The position numbers and the translations under genes are program-made. This document shows, piece by piece, positions 26,560 through 37,799 of a stretch of DNA of 64,000 nt (position 1 is the first letter of the stretch; every line of letters starts with the position of its first letter). This DNA comes from Raillietiella orientalis. Its lineage: Eukaryota. The stretch lies in contig JAYWIR010000006.1 in NCBI GenBank assembly GCA_036172245.1, positions 1,488,001 through 1,552,000 of the forward strand, read 5' to 3'. The notes beneath the pieces were generated by a model. That model was not told the origin of the DNA. It made no database searches and worked only from the letters and a program-made list of their open reading frames with translations.

Positions 26560-28880
26560 GAGAATTCCAAGATTTTTCCCGTAACCACGCGGTTCTTAGA
26601 CCGCAATCAAATCAGGGACTGCAGCAGCAGCAGCAACATTTTCGCAATTTCTTGATCTTCAGCGAGGAACTCTCAGTTCCGGCGAAAACAGGGACATAAA
26701 GATTTCCACGGTGACGACGCACTTGCGCCCTGCTAGGAAACAGCAGACGAAGACCATAATGGATACTTGCCCATAATTTGTAGGTTACGACAAATTGTCA
26801 AAAAAATTAATATTTTGTCTAGACTGAGAAGAAATTCGGAAACCACGAACCACTGATTTAACTTTTTTGTTTTTTTTTTTGGTTTCCAACACAAAAAAGA
26901 AAAAAAAAAAAGACGAGGAGAAAGAGAGAGGGAGGGAGAGAGGAGGGAATCTGACAATTATTTGAGATACCGCTATTCATTGTGTATTTCTTCCAAGCTG
27001 GTAGGTCATTTAAAATCTGCTCGAGTGAGCACAATCCTATCCTGCTGTTTTCCTTTTCAAAGAGCGTCAGCAGCACAATGGTCGGCATTCACGGGTGAGC
27101 GCCAACTCTCGGCGCTGCAACTCAAATTACTTTGTCTTAATTGGCGAAATGAATCTTAATGCGTTTTCAGAAAGTATCTGCAGAGATTCGTGAAAGAGTG
27201 ACAATAAAAAATCCATTAGAATTCTTCGTGGACTTCGAGAAAGCTGTGTAAAAATTCGGCGTCCATACACCTCTGGTCTGCCTGCTTGCGGTGCGCTCGC
27301 CGGATTCGCACTTTCGAACGAGGGGACGAAGGGAACGGTGGGAAGTCGGGTCCTCTCCCGTTGGGGAAAACGGAACGCTCGCCCACCGGCAGGAAGCACC
27401 AATTGATGTTTCGGCGGCCAGGCTGAAAATCGAACGCATTAACGCAGGATAGCAAGGCTTACTTGCAGCCGTTTTGTGATCGCGATTGATTGTGATTCCC
27501 CCCTCCCCTCCCCTCCTCCTCCTCCTCCTCCTTCCCCTTCCCACGTTCCCGCAAGGCAAGTCGGAGCTGTGGGTCCAGTTGACGCAGGAAAAAATTCGCA
27601 AGAAGCGCCGAGGAGTCCTTCCCTTCCGATGGCTGCTGCGCCGTGGGCTCCATTGCCATTGCGAGTCGGCGCACGTGTTGTTCACTCTCGCCGCCGTCAA
27701 CATGGCGCGCATGTGTGCCGCTAACAATCGACTTGGCGGGGTGCGACAATCGCAATGCGATCCCCACGTGACCCGCGCGCGCACTTTCGATATCTGCGAA
27801 CTGTGTGCGCGTTTTTTTTGCCTTTTTCTTTCCTTTTCACTTTGAAAGGTACACTTTGTCCTGGCGCAAGTGGATCTGCGAGATACAAGGAACCATTTTA
27901 TGATTTGGAAACATTTGATTGATTGTGTAATTAAATTCTTCATCGATCATCATAATCTCCAGAGTCATAAGTAGAACATATTATTAATGTATTGTCCTCA
28001 TGGATAATACTGGTTAATTATAGCCAGTAAGATTTTTCATCTTCAACAGCATTAAAGTTTTCCCGGGCTCTGGATGCGAACTTCATTATCTTATTTATAG
28101 ATCGCATCAATAATCTTTAGTAAAAATTCGGAGCTAATATCAGAAATAATGAAAGCATCAACTGAAACCAATTTCAGATTCGAGAATACCATTTGACGTT
28201 AATCTCGATGACATTAAACTACGAATTCACGAGGTTACGGCAGCAACTTCCCTTTTGTCTGCTACCAAAATAAAAAAAAAGGAAGAAGAAGAAAAAGTCT
28301 CTCAGTGAGCTTCTCCGTGTTCTTTATCAGGAGGAAAGTGATCATTAAAGTGATTTCTGAGATTTGCTAAAAGTAATAGTTCGACTATCCACTCTCCGAT
28401 TTTTAATTTGCAATTTCGTTTCACATCAGGAAGTATTGCAAGAAAAAAAAAAAAAAAAGAAAAGAAAAGAACTATTGCGAATATCTTCTAGCCCTTGCTG
28501 TGATTGATTGTCTCAAATAGCATTCTGCCGCGATTCTTTTAGGCGATCTCCTGTTTTTAAATTTAATAATGCGGAAACGCAGCTGAGGTTTGTCATTGGC
28601 TATCAATTTTGTATTGCCTCTTGTTCCGATGACAGATAGCAAACTCACGTACTTTTAATGGTAAAACATGCTTTTAAAAATCTCACTTCGCATCCTTATT
28701 TGCTGAATTCATCCCGCGAAACGTTTTTCTACATTTTGAAAAATTAAAGATCCGGGCACTCCACTCCGAGAAGAGAAGGCTATCTAAAATTGTGCCGGTG
28801 GGTGTTCCGCATGTTTCATTCCCTTCAAAGCACTGATGAAATTCTTTGCGCTCAATCTTACCACCACTCTTTATGATGGC
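26560..28880 (-). mobile_element. AT-rich hAT transposase pseudogene, interrupted by an insertion and A/T tracts
   Basis: Minus-strand order: SKCRKTF..KHV (BED-like), KIGEWIV, ISSEFLLKIIDAI, IICSTYDSG (TD motif), QMFPNHKMVPCISQIHL (FP....PC.AH.L), FSKSTK/LSRSPRR, ISPIKTK (P..TRW), NQWFVVSEFLLSL. Confidence 0.6.
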
Positions 28881-30177
28881 TCATTTATTTATCTGCACGG
28901 GGAGAGCGGTTGATGTTCCCGATGGACCGAGCTCTGAGAGGTGGCCTCTTTGCTGGACCCATCCCAGCCTTTCGTCGCAGTAGCAGCAGCGCACGCACCC
29001 ACTCGACGGCGCGCTCGAAAAAATCTCCATGGATATGCGGGTTACGCTGGAAACGGCTGCTCGCTTTCACACCCCAACAATGCTTGTCGTGAGGCAACGG
29101 GGGAAGGCTGGGAGCGGGAGGAGGGGGGGGAGGAGGAGGGGGCGCAACAGACGGAGTGAGCAGCGTGGACGGATAAGGAGCGGTACCTGCCCGTTACTTT
29201 CGAGCGCGCTTTCAGCGGAAATGCGAAACGCTCGTTATCTTCCGTTTGCCTTCTCGGATATCTCGACCTTTCGATTAATCGAAAAAGAGAGAGAGGGGGG
29301 GGGGGGGGGGAAGCTCTGAATGTTAGAGAAGATTAGGGAGATGTGGACTAAATCGGAGAAGCTGCAAAACTGGGGACACTGAATACGCAGAAACCATACT
29401 TGGAATTCGGGAGCAGACATTGCATGCGAAGAAGGGACAGGGAGGGGAACAGAAAAAATTGTCCTTCGTAGCCAAGGGTTCGTTTTTTTCCCTTCCAAAA
29501 GGAAAGGAAAAAAAAAAAAAAAAGATGAGAGGGGCGGGGGAGTTCCAAGAAAGATCTTCCCCTTGTGATTAGCCTGAAAAGCGTGTGCAGGATAACGCAG
29601 CGCCTTCCTGATTAACACCGGAAGGGCACTTTGAGATGCCGAGGACATCGCAGGAATCGTAAGAGGTCTGTGCGTATCAGAGAGCGCCCGAAGGTGTGTG
29701 TGCGTGTGCGGGGAGGGGAAGGGGGGCGGGAATTGGGTTACGCGAGGAAGGCAAACATCCCGGCCCTTCTGGGAGAGGTTCGACCTCGGTTCTTTCCCAT
29801 TCTGAGGTGCTTCCCGTGTCGGCGGCTCTTCAGCAGCCGTCCAGGCAAACTGCCTCAGAGGCTCGCAGAGCTCGGCGGCCGTGCGCGCACGCGCGGGCCG
29901 GTGCGAGTGGATGTCCTTCCGGAGGGAGGCCGTCCGCTGGGCTAAGTCCGGCCTGAAATTCGACCGCCGACCGAGAGAGCATCAGTCGAAGAGCACACGA
30001 GCGGAGGAAGCTCGCCACGTGGGAACGAGCCAAGAGAACGCGAGAAGCGGCATCGGAGAGGCGGCGGCTCCGAGACTTCCCATTCTAGCTGCAGGAGCCG
30101 CTGCATATTCGGTTGCAGGAGTGTCGGGTCTCTCGGGTTTCGCGCGCTGCTACGCAGACGGAGGACCCGCCGAAACA

Positions 30178-30205
30178 GCGGCAGCAGCAGCAGCAGCAGC
30201 AGCAG
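30178..30205. repeat. (GCA)n microsatellite
   Basis: gcggcagcagcagcagcagcagcagcag. Confidence 0.9.
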
Positions 30206-30899
30206 AAACAGCTCAGTCCGACGGAACGCGTCACTGCGGTGTCACCTGCCTGGAGGTTCCACCCGCCCTTCGTGAGCGAACAGCGCTGGAAGGGGCGGAC
30301 GCCAAATCCGCCGCCATCCCGCAACAGAAGGACCACCTCAGACCCATCTCCAGAAGGAGGGAATGCCGCGATTGGTCCACCGTTCGCAGGCCGCACTTGC
30401 CGTGGAACGGAATTCGCGCGCGCTCCTCCTTCACCACCGTCACCTTCCTCTTGTTCCTCCTCCTCCTCCTCTTTTCTTCTCTTCTTCTTCGTCTTCCCTC
30501 TACTTCTCACGTGCAAACGACGCCTCGGTTTGAGTGCCCCACATGCTGCCCGCTAACGCCCCCTGCCCCAGCTGATCTGGCGGGTCATTCGAGAACGGGT
30601 CGAGTGCCCTTTGATCGTTTCGAGCGTCCCACGTGTCCGACGAGACCTCGGCGGTGCGTCCTCTCCCGCTGGCAAGCGCCTTGGAATAGGGGGAGGCGGG
30701 TCTCTCAGGCCTACGCGCGCGCTCGGTTCCGCGTTTTCCTTGTGTGTTTTTTTTTTTTGGGTCCTCTCGTCAGTTTGACGTCATCTGCGGCAAAGATTTC
30801 GCCCGAGCGTCCTCGTCGACGAGCTGTCACCGGGATGTCTGCCCACCGCTGAAGCGCGTCCAATCCGAGGCATCTCCTCTCCTTGTCGGCTGCAGCTTT

Positions 30900-32500
30900 C
30901 CTTCCGGAAACTCCGGGCCACCCCAGTGCCCTGAAGCGCCTGCTCTCTCCGACCGAGAGAGAGAGCAGAGAGAAGCCTGACGGACCGACCTGGAACGCTC
31001 CGTCCTTCGAGCGGCTGGCAGCGCTTGGAGCGGAGCTCGGAGCCGAGGGTCACGGAAGTTGCGTGGCGCTGCCGCCGCCGCCGCCGCGTCCGAAGAGGGA
31101 TCGTCGCGTGGGTGGGAGGAGCGACCGGGACAAGAATGAGGTTCAGAGCGCCCCCGCACAGCGGCAGCAGCTTTTCCTCTGGTCCCCTTCCTCGCCTCCT
31201 CCTAGGCGGGGGCTTTTTCGTCTTTTCGGTCCGACGGTCCCGATCCTTCGCGTCGCCCCGACGGCCCCCAGGGAATAGGCGGCCCCTTTCTGCTGCCCCC
31301 GCGCTGCTGGCAGGGTCCTGGAAAGTGGCCGACAGGGTGGCCGGCTCGGAAGCAGAGAACAGCGTACGAAGGAGCGGAAAAGGGAGACGAGGACATCTCC
31401 TCCCTTTCTTGGCGAGTCTCCGCCTCCTCTGGGAGAGGAGGTGGGGAATTCCTCCTTTGGGGGTGGTAGTGGGGGTGAGCGAGTGTCCACACGCTGCCTC
31501 ATAGGGGCTTCCAGGGAAAGGGGCGCTTCCTCGAGCTGCCTTGTCAAGCACCTCCGTCGAGGTCGCTTCGCACCGTGGCGCCGGATCAGGGAGCGATCTT
31601 TCCCCCTCTTCCCCTCTTCCTCCCCGCCTTCCTCCCTCCGGAACGCGGACCGAAAGATCCTTGGGAGGAAAGGAGGTCTCTAGAGATGTTCACTTCCCTC
31701 TACCGCCGAGAGGTCGCCTGGGTTCGAAGTGGTGGACAAAGCTGTGCTCTGGAGCTCGGAGGCTCGAAGAGAGGAAGGGAGGGGAGGGGGCGAAGTGTGC
31801 GCCGTGGACTCTCCTTACTGAGGAGGGAGGCTGGGTCGGCTTGCTGGCAGCGGGGTGGTTTCCCAGCCTCCCCACGTCGGGTGGGAGAGGGCACGAGGAC
31901 TTTCCCCTTCCCTTCTGCTTGGAGAAGTACTCGCGGAGGGGCCGTTCCTTTGGAGCAGGGGCTTCTGGAGATGGCACTTTCGGGAAGGGGGGACGGTGTT
32001 TCTGAAACCGCTGTGTCGCTCGCTGCGCTTTCCAGTGACGACATTCTTGTGACCTCTGCCTCCCTCTCCCCCCATCTCCCTATCCTGTCCCAGGATCAGG
32101 TGCTGCGGCGATGCTTCGAGGCAGCCGCGGGCGTCCCCGCTGCCCCTCTTAGCGCTTTTCGCGCCCCTCCCCAGCGGAAAGCGCAGAAAGGGTCAAGGGC
32201 AGAGAAAAGAGGGGGATGTCCTGAGGCGGTGCGTGTGCAGTGGTGGACCACCTCGCGCTTCCCCCCTCTCGGCGGAGCTCAGCGTGCCACGTCCGTTCTC
32301 CTGGCTCCAGGAGGCGCCTCGGGCGAAAAGTCCCCTTCGAGGAAGAGGGGAGACGGGTTTTTCGTGGCGTCTCATCACTCTTGCCCCGAGGGGAAACTCG
32401 CTCTTTCGGGAGACTGGGGGGCAGGGTCGCTGTTTCCTTTTTGCGCCGGAGTTCTGCTTTCTTATTGGTTGGTTCTGCGGATCTTGGAAACCGTTCGGCT
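30900..32500 (+). mobile_element. LINE RT/C-terminal relic
   Basis: KCAPWTLLTEEGGWVGL (V.W..L..P.EGG.GL) at ~31790-31845. Confidence 0.45.
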
Positions 32501-33599
32501 TTTCTAGCACCTCTGACGTCTCTGTCCGGACCTTCGAAAGCTTTCCGAGCGAAGAGGAGAAAGAGAAGGAGGAGGAGGAGGACAACGACAAAGGGGAGAA
32601 GAGAAAGAGGAGGAAAAGGAGGAAGAGAAAAAGGAGATGAAGGAGGAAGAGGAAGAGGCGGAGTGAGAAGATGAAGATCGCGTTCCCCTTATCCGAGAGA
32701 CGCGGTGGCTGGAAAAAAACAGGGGTTCTAACCACTGTTTCAGCACGAAGGAACAGGAGGGCCGCACGAATGAGCAGCGATGCATCCCCTTGCGATCTTC
32801 GCGGTCACTGCCACTCGCAGCAAAGATCTGCCCCGTTCCCTCTGTTATTAAGGTCCCCTGTGCTTCTCCTACTGACGCGAGTGCCATCGCAGCAGGATAG
32901 GAGCTCCCCCCCGACAATCTGAGGTTCTGATCCCGACTCGTCCTTGCGCATATGCCTCGAGGCGGTGGCCATCTTGGATGGGGTTGGCGACCTGGGAACT
33001 CCAGGAGCTAAGGGAGTGTGCAGGAGGAAGGGCGGAATGAGGAGGAGGAGGAGGAACCCCCTGCGAAGAGGATGCCGGAGGAACTCAGGGCCCTCACCCT
33101 GACTCCTGGTCCGCGAATGGTGATCCACGTCCACCCGTGGAGGACGGGAGGCCTTAAAACTCGGTTGTCCACCCAGGGAACCATGTCCTTAGGCGAGGGG
33201 CGCCTCCACTCTTTGGTAGACAGCTGAAATCGGTACCGACGTGAAGGGAAGAGAGCTGAAGACGGGAAGAAAGTCACGGTCTGGTGGTAGCGGCGGTGCT
33301 GATGAGGAAGAGGTAAAGAAGAAAAAAAAGAGGAGGAAAAGGAAGGCAATGCTTTTCATCGCCTCTCGGTACCTCGAAGGGCGCCGCCGGGCTGCAAGCG
33401 GAGCAACTGTGAGGGCGAGGGCGAAGCTCTTGCCGCAGGGGATTCCGCTGGGTGGACCACCTAGCGAGGGAGTTCCGCGAGCAGCCGAGAGCTTCCTGTC
33501 TTCGGTGAGCCCCTCCAAAGCCCTTCGATGCGGCACACCTCCGTGCACGCTCAGTGGTCCGCCATCTGTCTCGCGGCTTCCGAGAAGCGAGTCCGGGCG

Positions 33600-35250
33600 G
33601 GACCTGGCCGTGTACCGGGGAGCCTGGAGGCGGCGACCTCCGCCGCCGCTGCTCCAGGATGCCCAGCACGGCCTGCGCTCACGCCTCACGGGGACGCACG
33701 GAATCTCTCTCCTCGTCGACTTCGGCGGCCGGAAGGGACGGCCTCGCGAGTCCGCAGCTGCTACCGATAATCGGAGATGCCGGAGCTCAGGCAGCCCGTC
33801 ACCAGAGTCCCGTGTTTGCGAGGGCAGAGTCACCGCTGTCCACTTCAGATCGCGCCGAGCCTCACGAAAGGCTCCGGGCGTCGTCGCGCGAGTGGATGAA
33901 CTCTCGAGCTGCGGTGCCCGAGACGCCGCCCGTGGCATCTCTCGGGAGCAACGAGGTGCTCAAAGCTTTCCGGCGTCCTCTGAGACCCTCGAAGCGACAA
34001 ACGGTAGCAGGCCTCTCACAGGCAGTGGTGGACAAAGCTGTGCACACAATGAGAGAGGAAGGTGATCAATGAAGGCGTCGACATTCTTCAGCAGCCTCTC
34101 ATGAAGTCATTAAGAAGTCTTGCGCCGAAGACACCTCAGCTATTAATGACTGCTGCATGATTTACAGCGCGGAAAACGTGACCGGCAGCTCCGTAATGAA
34201 AATTAAAATAGGGGAATGCTCCGAGCTTCTAGAAAATTCGGAAGGCTACGGAGCCCTGGGGATTCGGACAAAAGGGTTGAAGCCACTAAAGAAGTCATGA
34301 CGATAGGCCACGATGATTTTCTCTCTCTTTGCAAGCCCGCAAACAGGGTCTTGAGATTGGGCAGCATTTCGGCTTGAGGGATGGCAGTTTCGTGGTCCGT
34401 GGTCCGTTTTCCCGAAGTCGTCTCCGTCATTCCTGCTTCTGGCACGGCGGGGGCAACCTGCACACCGACTACTTAGGGAAAGCGGACCACTGCAAACCAC
34501 GAGCCTTGAGGTGAGAACCCCATCACTCGAGCACCACGAAGCGGTAGGCAGAGAGTGGTCCTCTTCCCTCCTCCTTCTATTCTTCTCTTTCGTTGCTCCT
34601 CCTCTTTCATTGTTCCTCCTCCTCCTCCTTCTCTTCCGTCCTTCCTTCCTGCTCCTCTTCCTCATCCATTATTCCTTCTTTTACTCTTCTTTCACTGCTG
34701 TTCCCTTCGATTCTTCTCGGAACGTCCCGAGCGGGAGTATTTTTCCACGAACGAGCTCTTGCGTCCCACCGTTCCCAGGCCTTCTACTCGTTTAGACCGG
34801 GAGTTGCCGCTCTGCATCCCGCCACAAACCCGGAGGACCTGCCAAGAGCTAACACCTTCCAAGTTCTGTATATCAAGTCACCATAAAGGAACCGAAGGAG
34901 TTCGCTCCCTTCCATCTCGGGATTGCGTAAATCACAATCGGGAAGTTCACCTCACCCGTCCAGGCAACTCCTCATAAATAATCAGCCTCCAGTGGTCCTT
35001 TGGTAAATAATAAATCCACGCTCCGATAGCATCGAACAGGCGAAGGCGAGGCGCAGACTTGGATCCCTTACGCGCTGGCTCTGGCACCGACTTCTCCTCC
35101 CTCTCTTTCCTCCCGAAAGACATCTCTGGGCGAGCGATTAACCCCGCCGAGAGCGCCGCAACCCGCGCGCCCATCAGCCACGATTTGCTAAACATCCGCC
35201 TGCTCCTGCCACTCAAGTCCTTCGGGCGGGGGGGAGCGTCCCTTTCCTTC
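33600..35250 (+). pseudogene. Pif1-family SF1B helicase relic (Helitron-like or other Pif1-carrying element)
   Basis: Ordered motifs: LTGTHGISLLVD (G.GTGKS), AAATD..GRVTAVH (APTG..G.T.H), VVARVDELSSCG (IIDEISM), VINEGVDILQQPL (VIL.GD..QLPP), KEVMTIGHDDFLSL..RVLRLG (L..VMRQ..D..F..L..LR.G), HKGTEGV (NGT.G.V), LQWSFG..IH (L.WA.TIH). Confidence 0.65.
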
Positions 35251-35699
35251 CTCGGGAGGAGAGCGGCGAAAACGCGAGAGGGTTGCGAACTCCTCCTCCT
35301 CCTCCTCGTAGCCTCGCGGGGACCCACCCACTCGCGCCGCCTCCTCCCCGCCTGGCGCCTCTCTTTCAGCAGATGCGGGCCGAGTTCCACACAGGACCCG
35401 GGGAAGTTGCCTTAGTCCGAAAGAGGGTGGGGTGAAGGTGGGTGAGGAGTAGGGGCGAGGGAAGGGAGGGGGAAGTAGCCTCCTCTTGTTGCGGCGTGTG
35501 GCGTGCAGCACTGCACGGCGGTCCAGGAAGGTGTCCGGGTGGAACAGACTGCCGCGCGCAGCCAGCGGCGCCGCCACTCGTGGAGTCTGCGCCTTTGAGC
35601 TGTCGCGGAGCGCGCGCGATGCAGCCAGCCTCCCCTCAATTTCCTTCTTGGTTGCCTGAAAGTTCACAGCGATTCGCTGTCGCCCCCGTGACCAGGCCG

Positions 35700-37250
35700 C
35701 GCCCAAAATGAGGTTCGCGGGTGCAGAGCCAAGGGCGGAAGGAAGCTGCCGGCCGGATGGAATTCGGTGACCCAGGAACGATCTGCGGTCCCACCTTCCA
35801 GGAGGAAAGAGCAGCCCGATCGAAATCTCAGGGAGCAGGAGAACCGTGACGCAGGCTGATGGACGTCTCCCCCCAGGGTTCCTCGGACTTTGTAAAATGC
35901 CTGCTTTGGGATGGGGGAGGGGATGAACTTTTCGCTCGCCTCCTTGAGGGACGGCAACTCCCTTCCCGGGAGGGGAAGCTCCGAGCGCACCGGAAGGCGA
36001 GTGTCTTTCCGGAGCGGCGACGGCGGTCAGCGGTTGCCGATCCTGAGGTCTCCTTACGTCTTCCCTGAGCTATGGCAGCTGTCACCCTGCGGTCGCATTC
36101 CTGCACCAGGAACGGAAAAGCAGGGGAAGGTAAGAGAGCTTTCTTTCGAGATGGGAGGGCAGGGATGCTTCAAGGAGAAGGAAGGGGAACGAAGAAGAGG
36201 AAAAGAGGAAGGAAAGAGGCAGCTGGGAGTATCCTGGAAGACGGAGACTCAGGCAGGACAGGGCGGAGTGTCTCTTAGTTTCCCCGAGACAACCGGGTGG
36301 GGAATACACGGGCGCAGCTTGCTCAGCTCCCTCCCCTATTTGTTGCCCCGGCGGCGTGCAGCCGAGGGAAGGGTGTAGGGGAGGCTGCAAGGAAAAGGGA
36401 AGGGGGAGGGAGAGGTAGAGACAGAAGGGGTCTCGAGACACGCAGAGGTCCCTGAAGCTTCTTGGAGAAAGTTCTTCCTGCCTTCCCGCAAGGAAAGGCA
36501 GGAAGAACAAGAGAAGCACAGCGGGTTCGGGGGATGTAGGTGACCTGCCGGTGCCCCTCAGCACTCCGGGCCTGACCTGGAAGCCGGAGCGCGCGAGGCT
36601 GGGCATCGTAGGGGAAGATGGGGCTCCGAGGGAGGGAAGCAAAGGCCCCCCCTTGGCAGCCTACGCACTCTTGGAACCGCCTAGGGAACTTTCCAGAACT
36701 TGGCTTGAAGGACGCTCGGGGTTGCGCATCGGCCTCTCCCCTTCTTCCCGCCGGCACGGGAAGGAGGGAGGGAGATTTCTTGTTGCCGCCGGCGACGCCA
36801 GGGATGGCCGGCTCTTCGAGGTTTCTTCGAACGCACGGCAGCGCTCGGAGCTTCGTCCCCGGCCGCGAGGCTCCGCACTTCCGGCTCCGCCGCGCCCGCG
36901 GCGAGGGCGGCTGATCCGCCGATCCGATCGGAGCGAGACCTTCCTCGAGGCGGTCCACGATGGAGGAGTGGATGGGAATGCTCCCCCTAAGTGCGAGCGA
37001 TCCTTCCTGTTTCCCTCTCCCTCGTCGCCACAAGGAGGTCAGCTGGCGATCGGTCGCTTCGCGCGGTCTGCTCCCCAGCCTCTCCCAGGACGCGGAGGGA
37101 TGCCTGTCATCGGGAAGGGAGTTCTTCTGGAGGCAGGAGGGAGAGCGTAAGGTTTCGAGAGGCGCGTTCGCAGGAGATGCACGCGGGGAAGGCTATGGCC
37201 TTGAGGTGGATGAGCGGAACTCCCTGGGGACCATCGGGACGATGGGAGGG
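35700..37250 (+). mobile_element. LINE RT relic
   Basis: SGDGG..YVFPELW, LSPSS..GGRFLV, PLPGRGGMPV. Confidence 0.45.
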
Positions 37251-37364
37251 AGGGGCGAAAGACCTGCTCCCGGAAATCGGGAACAGTGAGAAAGACAACC
37301 AGTACGACAACGCATCCGAGAACGATGGTGACGACTATAAGGACCAAAATGACGATGAAGATTA

Positions 37365-37590
37365 GAATGGTAAGGAAGAGCAGGGTGTATCAAGAGCGAG
37401 GAGGAGGAAAAGGGGTGGGGGAAGAGGGTGGGGAGAAGGAAGAGGAGGAGAAGGAAGAAGAGGGTGAAGAGGAGGAAGGTAAGGAGGAAATAAGGAAAGA
37501 AGTGGAGGAAGAAGAGGAAGGGGAAGAAGAGGAAGAGGAAAGAAAGAAGGAAGAGAAGGAACAGGAAGGTCGGCATGAAGAGGAAGTTTC
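37365..37590. repeat. Purine-rich (GAA/GAG) low-complexity tract; similar tracts at 32550-32660, 34560-34690, 39885-40010 and 50015-50095
   Basis: Near-pure G/A (or C/T) triplet-like runs. Confidence 0.9.
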
Positions 37591-37799
37591 AGAGAATCAC
37601 AGCGGATGGATGAGTTTCGGAGAATCATGTCTCGGGTCACGGAATCACAGCAGCATGAGTAGAGTAGTCGTCGCTGTCCGCCGAGGAGAGTCGTCCCTGC
37701 CCCCCCCCCCCCTTCCTTCTCCCTTTCTTTCCGACTCGACCGGAGCGACACCGCCAATCGATAAACCTCTGGCGTGGGCCCCATTGTGAGGAATCACCC

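Noticed and set aside
37286..37789. Glu/Lys-rich ORF as an acidic protein
   Set aside because: It is the translation of a GAA/GAG low-complexity tract like many others in the window
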